A model generated the notes under the pieces. That model worked only from the letters and a program-made list of their open reading frames with translations, was not told the origin of the DNA and did not search any database. A program made the position numbers and the translations under genes. A DNA stretch of 63,888 nucleotides, filler included, from Reclinomonas americana ATCC 50394 (Eukaryota): assembly GCA_048213135.1 (NCBI GenBank). It is 6 parts of 5 records of this genome, joined end to end, with 100 filler letters (N's around TTAATTAATTAA, not from the genome) between each part and the next. Parts side by side here need not be neighbours in the genome. Positions count along the whole stretch, not along the records: positions 40,851 to 48,725 come from PS015582.1; positions 48,826 to 56,872 come from PS015582.1; 4 more parts are not named here. One strand, 5' to 3'. This document shows, piece after piece, positions 43,901-56,136 of this stretch. Numbering within the stretch: position 1 is the stretch's first letter; each line of letters starts with the position of its first letter.

Positions 43901-46900
43901 CGCGTTCTTGTTGACTTGGCATGCAAGGAGTGTGGCATCCCTTTATCGAAAGCAGGCTGCCTTTCGGCGGCAGTTGTGAGCTCATTCGGGATCAGTTTCG
44001 CCAGTGTCGTCCAACATGCACGCACCAAGATGCCCAAGTCAGTTGAGGGAATGCTGCAGAGCATGAGCTACTTTATCGAGGTGAGCAGCTTTCATCTCGC
44101 CGACCGTATCGGAGACAAGCCCTCACGCATGTGCCATTATGCAGAAGAGTGAACTGCGTGGCGCTGCCCTGACGGACGCCATTGAGAGACCCCTGGTTGT
44201 GGTGGATGAGCGTGGCTTTTCGGAGGTATTCCCGCCTTGCGCTCTGTGTTCGTTGTATGTCGTGAATGGTGTTTTCTCACATTCTGTGCTCTGGAATTCG
44301 GTTGTCAGGAGTCGTCAAACTTGCCGGGGATGAAGCACAGCAGGCAGAGTCCTCTTCTGCCATATGTCACACAGGCCGTGGAGGCTCTCCACAACTGCCC
44401 TGGCCTGCTGGCCACTCTGCTCCGAGACGGCTGTCTGTCCGAGTCGGATATTGCGCGCGCCGTCGAGTGGTGCAGTGGACGAGGTTTGGCTGTGAGGATT
44501 CTTTGCTGCAGTTTGTGCGCATGTGATCACCAACGACTGAACAGCTCTGACGGAGATGGAGACGGTGAGGAAAGAGGAGAAGCGGGAGGAAGAGCAGCAG
44601 GACGAGGACGATGACAAGGTACGCCCGTCGCTCGTTTCCGTTAGATGTGACACAGGTGCGTGTCCCAACTCTGTGTGGATTGCCCTCCACAGCGCCGCAA
44701 GAGTGGTCGTGCGAGGTTGAGTGTTAACGAGCAATTGATGCTGGCGAAACTGCTTGTTGCGTGTTGCTGTTATCTCTATGCATGTTACCGACAGTGCTGT
44801 CACTCCCATCTGCCAACCACATCTTGAAGCAGGGTTGCAACAAGAAGAGGATACTGATGAAGGCGTTTGGCTTGATGGCACCCATTGTGCTGAAATCCAC
44901 AGTCCTCTATCATCAGCGCATTCTCGTCCAACTTGCCTGTGACCATTGCGGAATACCATCGAAGGGACCAGGCTGCCCATCAGCCGCAGTCTTGTCTGCA
45001 TTTGGCAAGAGTCTTGCCAAGAGTGCCAAAACGGCACGCACTTCAACGACCAAGTCAGTGGAGGGCGTGCTCGAGAGTGTGAGCAGCTTCATTGAGGTGA
45101 GTGTCGGTGTGGTGTTTCAGTATCCTTCCGATTGTTATGTGCGTGGTACCTGACTCGACTTCGACGTGGATGTCGCCATCAGAAGAGTGGTCTTCAGGGA
45201 GCTGAGCTGGTGGATGCCGTCGAGAGACCGCTGATTGTGATTGACGAACGTGGCTACTCTGAGGCGCGTATGAAGCTGTGTGTGCTGATGTGCGTCATTG
45301 ACAGCTGGCTCACACTGGATGGTAGGAGTTTGCAAAATCGCAGAAGCGAGGCACTCCTAATGTTCTTTCGCCTTTCGTCACACAGGCCATGCAGGCTCTC
45401 CACATCTGTCCGAGCCTGTTGGCCACTCTGCTGCGGGACGGCTGTTTGTCGGAGGCGGAGATTGCACGCGCCGTCGAGTGGTGCAGTGAAAGAGGTTTGG
45501 CTGCTTGTCTTCGTGGCAGGATAATGCATGTGCTCACAAGCAAGTGATCAGTCGTGAGGGAGAGGGAGATGGTGAAGAAAGAGAAGGAGAGGGAGGGTGA
45601 GCAGGGAGAAGATGATGATGACAGCGAGAATGAGGGCGATGACGCGAAGAGAAAGAAGGTACGCCCGACGCTCTCTTCAGTGAGATGCGAGAGGTACGTC
45701 TTAATACTGCGTGGCTTGTGGTTCACAGCGCCGCAAGAGTGGTCGTGCGAGGTTGAGCATCAACGAGCAATTGGTGCTGGCGAGATTTCTTGTTGCGTGT
45801 TCTTTGAGTTCACTGCAACTGTACTGTATCGCCTGCAAAAGCGGCATCTGCTCATGGCTTTCACCCGCTTATTACACTTGGGAGTAGGGTTGCAACAGGA
45901 AGAGGATGATGGTGAAGGCATTCGGCCTCATGGCACCCGTGGTGCTGCAATCCACAGTCCTCCATCATCTGCGCCTTCTCTTCCAACTTGCCTGTGACGA
46001 ATGCGGCTTACCGTCAGAGGGACCAGGGTGTCCATCATCTGCAGTCATGTCTGCTTTTGGCAAGAGTCTTGCGGGTTGTGCCAACACAGTGCGCGGCACG
46101 ACGCCCAAGTCGGTGGAGGGCGTGCTCGAGAGTGTGAGCAATTTCATAGAGGTGAGTGTGTCGGTGTGGTGTTGCAGTGTCCTTCCGATTGTTATGTGCG
46201 TGGCACCTGACTCGCCGTTAACGTTGATGTCACCATCAGAAAAGCGGACTTCGGGGAGCGGAGCTTGTGAATGCTGTCGAGAGACCACTGATTGTGATCG
46301 ACGAGCGTGGCTACTCTGAGGTGCGTGTGAAATGGTGTGTGCTGATGTGCGGTATTGACAGCTGGCTCACATTGCTGTGGCTCGGATGGTAGGAATCAAC
46401 AGCAAAATCGCAGAAGGGAGGCGCTCCTAATTTTCTTTTGCCGTTCGTTACCCAGGCCAGGCAGGCTCTCCTCAGCTGTCCTCGCCTGCTGGCCACTCTG
46501 CTGCGGCACGGCTGCCTTTCGCAGGCGGAGATTGCACGCGCCGTCGAGTGGTGCAGTGAAAGAGGTTTGGCTGCCTGACTTTCATTGCTGCACTGTGCAT
46601 GCATGTACTCACAAGAAGGTGAACAGCCGTGAGGGAGATGGAGGTGGTGAAGAAAGAGGAGGAGAGGGAGGGTGAGCAGGAAGAAGATGATGATGACAGC
46701 GACAATGAGGATAATGAGGCGAAGAGAAAGAAGGTACGCCCGACGCTCTCTTCAGTGAGATGTGAGAGGTACGTCTTAATACTGTGTGGCTTGTGTTTCA
46801 CAGCGCCGCAAGATTGATCCTGCAAAGTTGAGCGTCAATGAGCAATTGATGCTGGCGAGATTGCTTGTTGCGTGTTTCTCTGTATGCCGCCACTGATGCT

Positions 46901-48226
46901 GTCATAACCTGCTCACTTTCATCCACCTATCCATCTCTCGAGAGCAGAGGTGCAACAAGAAGAGGATACTGGTGAAGGCTTTTGGCTTCATGGCACCTGT
47001 GGTGCTGCAATCCACAGTCCTCCAACATCAGCGCCTTCTCTTCCAACTTGCCTGTGCCGAATGCGGCTTACCGTCAGAGGGACCGGGCTGCCCGTCATCC
47101 GCAGTCACGTCTGCATTTGGAGAGAGCCTTGCCAAAAGTGCCGGAGATACACGCGGTACAACGCCCAAGTCAGTGGAGGGTGTTCTCGAGAGCGTGAGCA
47201 ACTTCATCGAGGTGAGTGTTAGTTTGCTATCTTTGTGTCACATCCGTTTGTGGTGTGATCTGCCTTCCATCTGCGCTTGTCATCATTAGAAGAGCGGACT
47301 TCGCGGAGCTGCGCTGGTGGATGCTGTCGAGAGACCGCTGATTGTGATTGATGAGCGTGGCTATTCTGAGGTATGTGGACAACGGTTATGTACGCTGGTG
47401 CTCCGATGATGTTGACTCACTTTGTTGTGTCGCGGGTGACAGGAATCAGACAAGTTGCGGAAGAACAACCATCCAAATGTTCTTCTACCATTCGTCACGC
47501 AGGCCATGCATGTGCTCCACAACTATCCTGGCTTGCTGGCCACGCTGCTTCGAAGTGGTTGCCTTTCAAAGGCGGAGATTGCGCGTGTTGGTGAGTGCTC
47601 CAGCGGCAACCATGAGCGAGCAACTGCTTTTATTGCATGGCGTGTCAGCATCAGTACTGACAAGCATGATGCAGTGCTGGCCATGGGTGACGAGAAGCCG
47701 GCGAAGATGGAGGTGGTGAAGAGAGAGGAGGAGGAGGAGGAGGAGGAGGAGGAGGAGGAGGAGGAGGAGGAGGAGGAGGAGGAGGAGGAGGAGGNNNNNN
47801 NNNNNNNNNNNNNNNNNNNNNNNNNNNNNNNNNNNNNNNNNNNNNNNNNNNNNNNNNNNNNNNNNNNNNNNNNNNNNNNNNNNNNNNNNNNNNNNNNNNN
47901 NNNNNNNNNNNNNNNNNNNNNNNNNNNNNNNNNNNNNNNNNNNNNNNNNNNNNNNNNNNNNNNNNNNNNNNNNNNNNNNNNNNNNNNNNNNNNNNNNNNN
48001 NNNNNNNNNNNNNNNNNNNNNNNNNNNNNNNNNNNNNNNNNNNNNNNNNNNNNNNNNNNNNNNNNNNNNNNNNNNNNNNNNNNNNNNNNNNNNNNNNNNN
48101 NNNNNNNNNNNNNNNNNNNNNNNNNNNNNNNNNNNNNNNNNNNNNNNNNNNNNNNNNNNNNNNNNNNNNNNNNNNNNNNNNNNNNNNNNNNNNNNNNNGG
48201 AGGAGGTGGAGGAGGATGACTTGTAG
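40922..48226 (+). CDS. Unknown six-repeat protein, copy 1 (in-frame TAG after repeat 1; possibly a pseudogene)
   Basis: Six ~1.0-1.2 kb units, with core exons starting near 41511, 42718, 43817, 44833, 45888 and 46948. Conserved CNxKRILxKAFGxMAP, HHQRxLxxLACxECG, GKSLA, ERPLIVxDERGYSE and CPGLLATLLRDGCLSxxEIARAVEWC. Intron positions and phases are conserved. Poly-Glu tail ends DL-TAG at 48226. Confidence 0.75.
47723..47794 (+). repeat. (GAG)n coding triplet repeat (poly-Glu)
   Basis: Perfect GAG run into the gap, resuming after it. Confidence 0.9.
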
Positions 48227-48893
48227 AGCAACAACAAATTCATTCACCAACAAACAAGCAACAGCGTTTTGATGACTTCAACCGAATCCAAAACATCAAC
48301 ACAGACACCAGTCTTGAGGCAGCAGCATTCTCCTTGTGTGTGTGTGTTCGCTCTCGGAGCTCCGAACAAGTTGAGAACTGCATTCTTAACCGCATAAGCG
48401 TGGTTGACCAGTGGATTTGACGCACTTGCATGGGTGCATGGTGTTCTCTGCGATCGTACACGGCACATCGAATTCGGGAAAGGCCATACGCGCCACGATC
48501 ATGTTCTACACTGACGTGCCAGAATCAACAGGCGGCAGCGACAACTCCCGTGAGCAACACCTTCATCGGCGGCAACCACCACAATTTGTACTCAGCTCCT
48601 TCCCGGACCTAGCATGCACGTTGCCTGGCTTTGTTGATTTTCCCTATGTGTTCTGACACCAACACCTCTTGCTATCTTTCTGCATTCCTTTGTGGAATTC
48701 GGCGACAAATCCATGCTCGTCATGANNNNNNNNNNNNNNNNNNNNNNNNNNNNNNNNNNNNNNNNNNNNTTAATTAATTAANNNNNNNNNNNNNNNNNNN
48801 NNNNNNNNNNNNNNNNNNNNNNNNNTACGTAACGTACCGACGACGTACGTACCGTAACCGTACCGCGTACCGTACTCGTACGTCGTCGTCCGT

Positions 48894-48995
<102 letters not shown>

Positions 48996-49048
48996 CTCTG
49001 TCTTCCCCCCCCGTCGCTCACTCTCTCTCTCTTGCTCTCGCCGCTCAG

Positions 49049-52000
49049 CTCATGTGCGCGTCAACAATGTGGCCGACTTCAAGCTGCCGTACTCGCAGTC
49101 GGAGATGGAGACGTATCGTGACATTGCGGCGCTGGCCAAGCGCAGTGTGTCGGCGAGTGAGGTGAGTGTGTGCAGGGAGAGAGGGAGAAGGAGAGGGGAA
49201 GAGAGAGAAAAAGGCAATGACTGAGTGATTCAGATTGGTTGTTTAGTCTGCAGTGGGAGAGAGTGCAAGAGAATCAGTATTGTAATTGAGAACTTGGATG
49301 CGGACAGAAGAAGTGAGTGATTGCATGACTGTGGGAGTGTCGGAGAGATGCATAGTGTGTAGAATTGAGTGTGAGCATGTCTGTCTCGCCCTGCATTCGT
49401 CGATTATCAGCTCCCGTTCGATGCAGCGCAGCGCGTTGTCTCTCTCTCATGATTGCTTGTCTTATTGCCTCCTCAATTCTGATATCAGCGCCTTCCCCTG
49501 TTTCTTCCCCCTGTTCGTTCCCCCTTTTCCTTCCCCCTTTCCTTCCCCTTTTCCTTCCCCTTTTCCTCCCCCTGTTTCTTCCTCCTGTTCGTTCCCCCTT
49601 TTCCTTCCCCCCGTTCCCTTCCCCTTTTCCTTCCCCTTCTTTCCTCCGTGATCCTTCCCCTGTTCCTTCCCCTGTTCCTTCCCCCTGTTCCTTCCCCCTG
49701 TTCCTTCCCCCTGTTCCTTCCCCCCTTCTCCTCCCCCCTTCACCTTCCCCCTGTACCTTCTCCTTCCCCTTTTCCTCACCCTTCCCCCATTATTCACAGG
49801 TCCCCTTCTTCCTCGGCTGCGGCCTGTACAAGCACCACATCCCCTCCGTGGTCGACCACCTCATCCAGCGCTCCGAGTTCCTCACCTCGTACACCCCGTA
49901 CCAACCGGAGGTCTCGCAGGGCACCCTGCAAGTCATGTTCGAATTCCAATCGCAAGTCTCCCTCATCTCCGGCATGGAGATGGCCAACGCCAGCATGTAT
50001 GACGGCGCCACCGCGGCGGCCGAGGCCTGCCTGATGGCGGAGCGTCTGACGGGCAAGCGGCGAGTGGTGATTAGCGGTGGTGTCAATCCGCGGTACTCGG
50101 AGGTTATCCAGACGTACTCGTCGGTGAGATGAAGATGGGGGAAAGGGAGAGGGAGAGGGAGGGAGAAGGAGAGGGAGAGGGAGGGGGACGATGAGGGACG
50201 ATGAGGGAGGGATATAAAAGAACAGAGAGAAAGAGAGAGAGTGAGAGAGGAGAGTGAAAAAACAGAAAAGTGAGAAACGATAGAAGAGAAGAGAAAGGGA
50301 TATGAGAGAGTAGCGAGGCAGAGAAGACAGAAAGGTTGGAAAAGTAGAAAGATGAGAATATGAATAGGAACATTGAATAGAACGAGAGAATGAAGTATGA
50401 GAGAGAGGCGAAGAGAAGTGAAGGGCGTGAGAGTGACAAGAAGGGGGAATGTCGCTGGATGGGAAGAAAGAAGAGAATATGACAAGGGAGAAAAGGAAGA
50501 GAAAGAGAGGAGAGACGAGAAGGGATGAGTGCGAAAGGGGCATGTGAGAAATATGCAAAAATTGATCAGAAGGGGGAATGTCGCTGGATGGGAAAAATGA
50601 AGAGAATATGACAAGGGAGAAAAGGAAGAGAAAGAGAGGAGAGACGAGAAGAGATGAGAGCGAAAGGGGCATGTGAGAAATATGCAAAAAATTGATCAGC
50701 GTGAAAAATGTGAGAGAGAACGAAGAGGGAGAGGAAAATAAGAGAATGAAGTGAAATCTGAACACACACATACACACACACGCACTCGCACACGCTGAGT
50801 GAGAGAGAGACTGCGCGAAAGTGTGAGCTCGAAACACACTTCTTTCGTTGTTACCAAGAGACTGCACGAGAGTTCTGAGCTTTAGAATTTATGTTCGGGG
50901 GTCAGTTCTTGTCCTTCATCCCCTTGCACCCCCCTTCCCTCCCCCCTTCCCCTTGTCCTCACCCTTCCCCTTCCCCTCTTTCAGCACTCCTCGCTCTTCG
51001 AGGCCCACGAAATGGGCCCGGATCCCACCAACGTGGAAAACCTCCTCGCCCAAGTGAATCAGGACACTGCCGCGGTTGTCGTCCAGAATCCCTCCCTCTA
51101 CGGCCACGTCAACGACTACACTCGCCTGGCGGAGCAGCTGCACGAGCGCGGCGTGCTGCTCATTGTGGCCGTGAACGAAATCGTCTCCCTCGGTGCCGTC
51201 AAGGGACCGGGTGACATGGGTGCCGATATTTTTGTGGGCGAGGGACAGGTTACGTGGGAAGGAGAGGCGCGATTGATTTTTATTGTCGCTCACGTTGCTC
51301 CTTGGTAAACAGAGCCTCGGCAACAACCTCAACTTTGGTGGCCCGACTGTCGGTCTGTTTGGCACGCGCATGAAGTACGTGCGCCAGATGCCGGGCCGTA
51401 TTGTGGGCGAGACGCTGGATGCCGACAAAAATCGCGCGTTTGTGTTGACGCTGGCCACCCGTGAGCAGGTGGGACAAAGGGAGAAGGGGCAAAGGGAGAA
51501 GGGGTAGAGAGAGAGAAGGGAAGAGGGGAAGAAGAGGGTAAAGGAGAAGGGGAAAAGGGAGAAGGGTAACGGGAGAAGGGTAAAGGGGAAGAAGGGGTAA
51601 CGGGAGAAGGGGTAAAGGGGAAGAAGGGGGAAAGGGAGAAGGGGTAAAGGGAGACGGGGTAGAGGGAGAAGGGGTATAGGGAGAAGAGGGTAGAGGGAGA
51701 AGGGGTAGAGGGAGAAGAGGTATAGAGAGAAGGGTAGAGGGAGAAGGGGTAGAGGGAGAAGGGGAAAAGGTGGAAAGGGGAAGAGGAGAGAAGGGGAAAA
51801 GGGGAAAGGGGAAGAGGGAAGAGGGAGAAGGGGTAGAGGGATGTGGGGGTAGAGAGACAAGGAGTAAAGAGAGAAGGGGAAAGGGGAAGAGGGTAAGGGG
51901 AGAAGGGGGTAGAGGGAGAAGGGGTAAAGGGAGAAGAGGGAGAAGAGGGGGAAAGGGGAAGAGGGGGAAAGAGAGAAGGAGTAAAGGGAGATGGGGTAAA

Positions 52001-53752
52001 GGGAGAAGATGGCAAAGGGAGAAGGGATAGAGGGAGAAGGGGTTCAAGGGAGAGAGTGGCGAGGGAGAAGGGGGCAAGAGAGAAGGGATAGAGGGACAAG
52101 GGGTAAAGAGAGAAGGGGAAAGGGGAAGAGGGTAAGGGGAGAAGGGGGTAGAGGGAGAAGGGGTAAAGGGAGAAGGGGTAGAGGGTGAAGGGGGTAAAGT
52201 GATGTGAGGGAGAGTCGAAGAGATTGCGTACGTGTGGTGCACTCGGTTGGCTAATTGCGACAGCTGAGCAGCGGATTGGTGACTGTGTTCTGTCTGTCCT
52301 GTCATAGAGGCAGTTTTTGAGGGTGGCAGCTGAGCTGTAGCAATTGTTTAGTCTGTATTCTTTCTGTACCGTCAGATGAATTTAGAGTGGCACGCTTAAT
52401 TGCTTGGAAAGATGCACTTGTCGACGATGCAGTCGAGTTTGAGGGGTCCAAGAGTGCCTGTGTGCCCGTCATTGAAAGCAGTTCCTCTTGAGTAGCTTTC
52501 TCTCTGAATTCTCCTGTGGGCTGCACGCCGCAGAGTTGAGGGGCTCCTGTCTACACGTCTCTCCAGTCCCAACCCTCCTTCCCGCTTGTCCCCCTCGCAG
52601 CACATTCGGAGACAAAAGGCCACCTCGAACATTTGCACCAGTGCCGGCCTGTGCGCCCTCGGCTTCACCGTGCACCTCACCCTCCTCGGCGAGCAAGGTG
52701 CGTGCTCTCACCACCCTTCCCCTTTTCCATTTCCCTCTCACCATGGTGGCATCTGCAGGCTTCCGCCAGCTCGCCCAGCTGAACCACGCCAACGCCTGCA
52801 AGTTCGCCGACCTCATCGCCAAGAACGTGCCGTCGGTCAAGGTGCTGAACAAGACGTTCTTCAACGAGCTGTCGCTGCAGCTGCCGGCTGGCCGCTCAGC
52901 AGCGGCCGTGGTGCAGAAGATGGCCGACAATGGTGTGCTGGGTGGTGTGCCTCTGTCGCGCTTGTATGGACCGGAGAAGAATGTGAAGGTGGAGTGGAAA
53001 GGGGGAAAGGGGAAGGGGAAAAGGGAAAGAGGGAAGGGGAAAGAGGGTAAAGTTAGGGGAAGGAAAAGTGACACGGCGAAAAGGTAGAATTGAGAATGGA
53101 CAGCCTACCCTTTTCACGTGTGATGATACTGGAGTGAGAGAGAGCAGAGTTAAGACAGCGAGGCACGAAAGAAGATGAGCGAGTCATCGAAGAAAATCGA
53201 CTGGATTAAGTTTGCTGCTCGCTTCTCTCGGTTCTCACTGCTCTCACTCGTTGAGTGGGTGTTGAGGATGGAGAATGATTGGGTGAAGCTGAGCAAAAAC
53301 GTGCGATGGAGAAACTGGATTGAGAAAGAAACAGATTTGAGTAAGAGAGAGATGAGCGTGAGTGAGTGAGAGAGAACAGAATAACGAATGGATGATATTT
53401 GGAGAGGTAGACTGGTTCTGTCATCGCTGCTCCCTCCTCTCGCCGTGCTCTCTCCTCTCGCCGTGCTCTCTCTTTCTCTCGCTGCTCTATCTCTATCTCT
53501 GTTCTGTTTCTTTCTCCATCCAGTTTTTCCATCGCATTTTCTCGTTCAGCTTCACACAAACATTCTCCATTACTCTCCATTTCAACTCCCACCCAGGGAG
53601 ACGGAGTGAGAGAACAACGAGAGAAGGAAGCATCGAGAAAAGGGCTTAAGCAGCGAGGAGAAGATAGAGAGAGGGATGAGGGCGAGTGAGAGAGAGTAAG
53701 AATAACGAATGGATGATATTCAGAGAGAAAGAGTTGGTTCTGTCATCGCTGC

Positions 53753-53792
<40 letters not shown>

Positions 53793-54010
53793 GCCACCCT
53801 CCCTCCCTTTCCCCTTGCCCTCTCTCCCTTCCTTCCCTTCTCCCCCTTCCCCTCTCCCCCTTCCCCTCTTTCCCCCTCACCCTTCCCCTCTCTCCCCTCC
53901 CCTTCCCTTTCCCCCCTCCGCAGGACGACATCATCATCAGCGCCATCACGGAGCTGGCGACGGAGAAGGACATGCACGCATTTGTGGAGCAGCTGAAGAA
54001 GGCACTCTAA
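49049..54010 (+). CDS. gcvPA: Glycine cleavage system P protein subunit 1 (split type), 5' partial
   Basis: Exons 49049-49161, 49800-50123, 50985-51248, 51313-51468, 52601-52697, 52759-52988 and 53924-54010 splice in frame. Motifs: [68 protein letters not shown]. Stops at the P1 C-terminus (TE....D...FVEQLKKAL*). Confidence 0.93.
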
Positions 54011-54089
54011 ACAGGCCATACCTTTTTCCCCGCAGATTCCCCCTTTTTACTACTAGTGTATGTCGCGTCCTGTTCTTTTCGATTTCACC

Positions 54090-54608
54090 TCACGCAAAGC
54101 AGGTGAAGGTGGCGCCATTGTTACTCGAGGCGTCACATATGCCGGCCACGTCGGGCGTGCTCTGATTGATCACGCCGCAGTAGCCGTCGGCGACCGCACT
54201 GAGCACCATGATGCTCTCGCCGCCGCGACACTTGCACTGCTTGCCGGGCGGCGCAAAGCACGTGCCCACAAACGCCGGCAGCACCGACGCCTGCTTCTTT
54301 TGCAGCTGCTCGACGGCCTCGCGCAGCTCGTCAATGGCCGCCCACACGTCCGTGTTGTTGACCACCAGCTGGCCCGGCACGAATACCGAGCCGCAGCGTG
54401 AGGTGTTGCGGAATTGCACGCCGTTGCCGCCGTGCGACTGCAGGCACAGCCAGGCCAGCTGACCGACACCGCCACTGCGGCTGGTGTGGTCGTCGACTGC
54501 GTCGTCCTGGCTGTACAGCTCCACCTCCATGCGCACGGGCAGCGCGAAGAAGACGACGAAACCGACGACCAGGAGGACGGCGATGAGGGTGTAGGCGCGG
54601 GAGGTCAT
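54090..54608 (-). CDS. Small Cys-rich secreted or signal-anchored protein
   Basis: Uninterrupted 172-aa GC3-rich ORF with an N-terminal hydrophobic helix, a short coiled coil and a 6-Cys C-terminal domain. Confidence 0.7.
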   Translation of the reverse strand: MTSRAYTLIAVLLVVGFVVFFALPVRMEVELYSQDDAVDDHTSRSGGVGQLAWLCLQSHGGNGVQFRNTSRCGSVFVPGQLVVNNTDVWAAIDELREAVEQLQKKQASVLPAFVGTCFAPPGKQCKCRGGESIMVLSAVADGYCGVINQSTPDVAGICDASSNNGATFTCFA

Positions 54609-55214
54609 TTTGAAAGTGAGATGATGTGCTCTCCTGCGGTGCAGCAGAGGGACAAATGGCTCCAGTGGCGGAATAATTAGGGGCGACTATCTATCGTGTC
54701 AACACGCGGCGGCATGATATTCTCCTGTCGGACGACTCGAGAGGATGTCGTCGCTTTCGCAGTTTCGGGACAAGTCGGAAGTAGGAGACGTCCCATTGCC
54801 CACCTGCACGATACGGGACAACGACTAGACAACAATATCAGCGGCGAGGAGTTGTCATTCGTAATGGTCAACTTTTCGGATTGCAGATTAAGAAACCAGT
54901 GCTCTCATGACCCGCTCTATCTTCAAGAGAACGAGCACAGCCGAGCAGATTCTCTCCACCGTTCTCACTTTCCCTCGCTCTCTTCCTCTCCTACCATCAC
55001 ACACTTGTCCAATCCACCAATATCANNNNNNNNNNNNNNNNNNNNNNNNNNNNNNNNNNNNNNNNNNNNNNNNNNNNNNNNNNNNNNNNNNNNNNNNNNN
55101 NNNNNNNNNNNNNNNNNNNNNNNNNNNNNNNNNNNNNNNNNNNNNNNNNNNNNNNNNNNNNNNNNNNNNNNNNNNNNNNNNNNNNNNNNNNNNNNNNNNN
55201 NNNNNNNNNNNNNN

Positions 55215-55548
55215 AGCGCGTCGAGTTGCGGAACTGGACGCCGTCGCCCTTGCGCTTGTGGGAGGATTCAGAGGCAAAGTCGTCGACTGCGTAAAAGCCG
55301 CCGTCGCCGTCGTCGTCGTCGTCCTCACTGCTGCTGTTCTTGGTGCGGTGCTCCCGCAGGCAGTGCCACGCGTGGAATCCTCCACCTCCGTGCCCACGCG
55401 GTTCGACGTGCGAATGTTCCTCCTCCACCACGTGTAGATCCAGGTTCAGGCGGACACGCTCGCTCTCCGACAGCTGGGGCACGGTGGCGGTGCAGGTGGC
55501 GGCGAGGAGGAGGGCGAGGAGGAGGAGAGGGAAGGGGGAGGAGGCCAT
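55215..55548 (-). CDS. Secreted paralog of the 54090-54608 protein (3' end in a gap)
   Basis: Signal peptide MASSPFPLLLLALLLAATCTA. Shares AWxCLxxH and GxGVQFRNxxR with the neighbouring gene. Confidence 0.6.
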
Positions 55549-56136
55549 GAGTGCGTGCGGGAGGAATGGGAAGAGCGAGTGTTGGAGGATTCTGTTGTCG
55601 AATGGGGTGAAGAAGACAAGATTGAGCATGGCACTTGATAAAGTGACGTACTACCTGCTGCTACTGATCAGGCTCCTGCTACAGTACGAGCACTGGCAGA
55701 GGAGGAGAGTAGCGAACACTTGATCTAGGAGACCCTGACGATTGTGTCCTCACCTTATTGGTTAGCTTCTGTTACTTACGTCTGGTCGGAGAGCAAGCCA
55801 CCTGGTCGTTTCTCTACTGCGGTGATCACCCACCCAACCCGCCCGAACCACAGCCACGTGCACAGACGCCAATGTTGCCAGACAAGGTGAACTGGGTAAA
55901 TAACTATGCATATGATTAATTACTGTACAACCTACAGCTGCTGCTGCAGTTCAGGCTCGTGCTGCAGCAAGAGCACTGGCGCATCACCGATGTTGCCAGA
56001 CACGGTGAACTCGCAACTGTGCAAACCAGTGAGAATATGGTCAGCCATGCTTAATCACGACCAACGCAACTCGGCGTCTCGGTTGAAGCAAAAGGCGGTC
56101 AGGCGGTAGTGCTGCAAGCAGGTGAGCGACGCAGCA

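Noticed and set aside
40922..48226. Six-repeat arrays as transposons or LTRs
   Set aside because: No transposase, reverse transcriptase or integrase motifs, and no terminal repeats or target-site duplications. The units are intron-containing exon sets.
50916..52305. Pro/Leu/Ser-rich minus-strand ORFs
   Set aside because: Translation of an intronic GA-rich repeat inside gcvPA.
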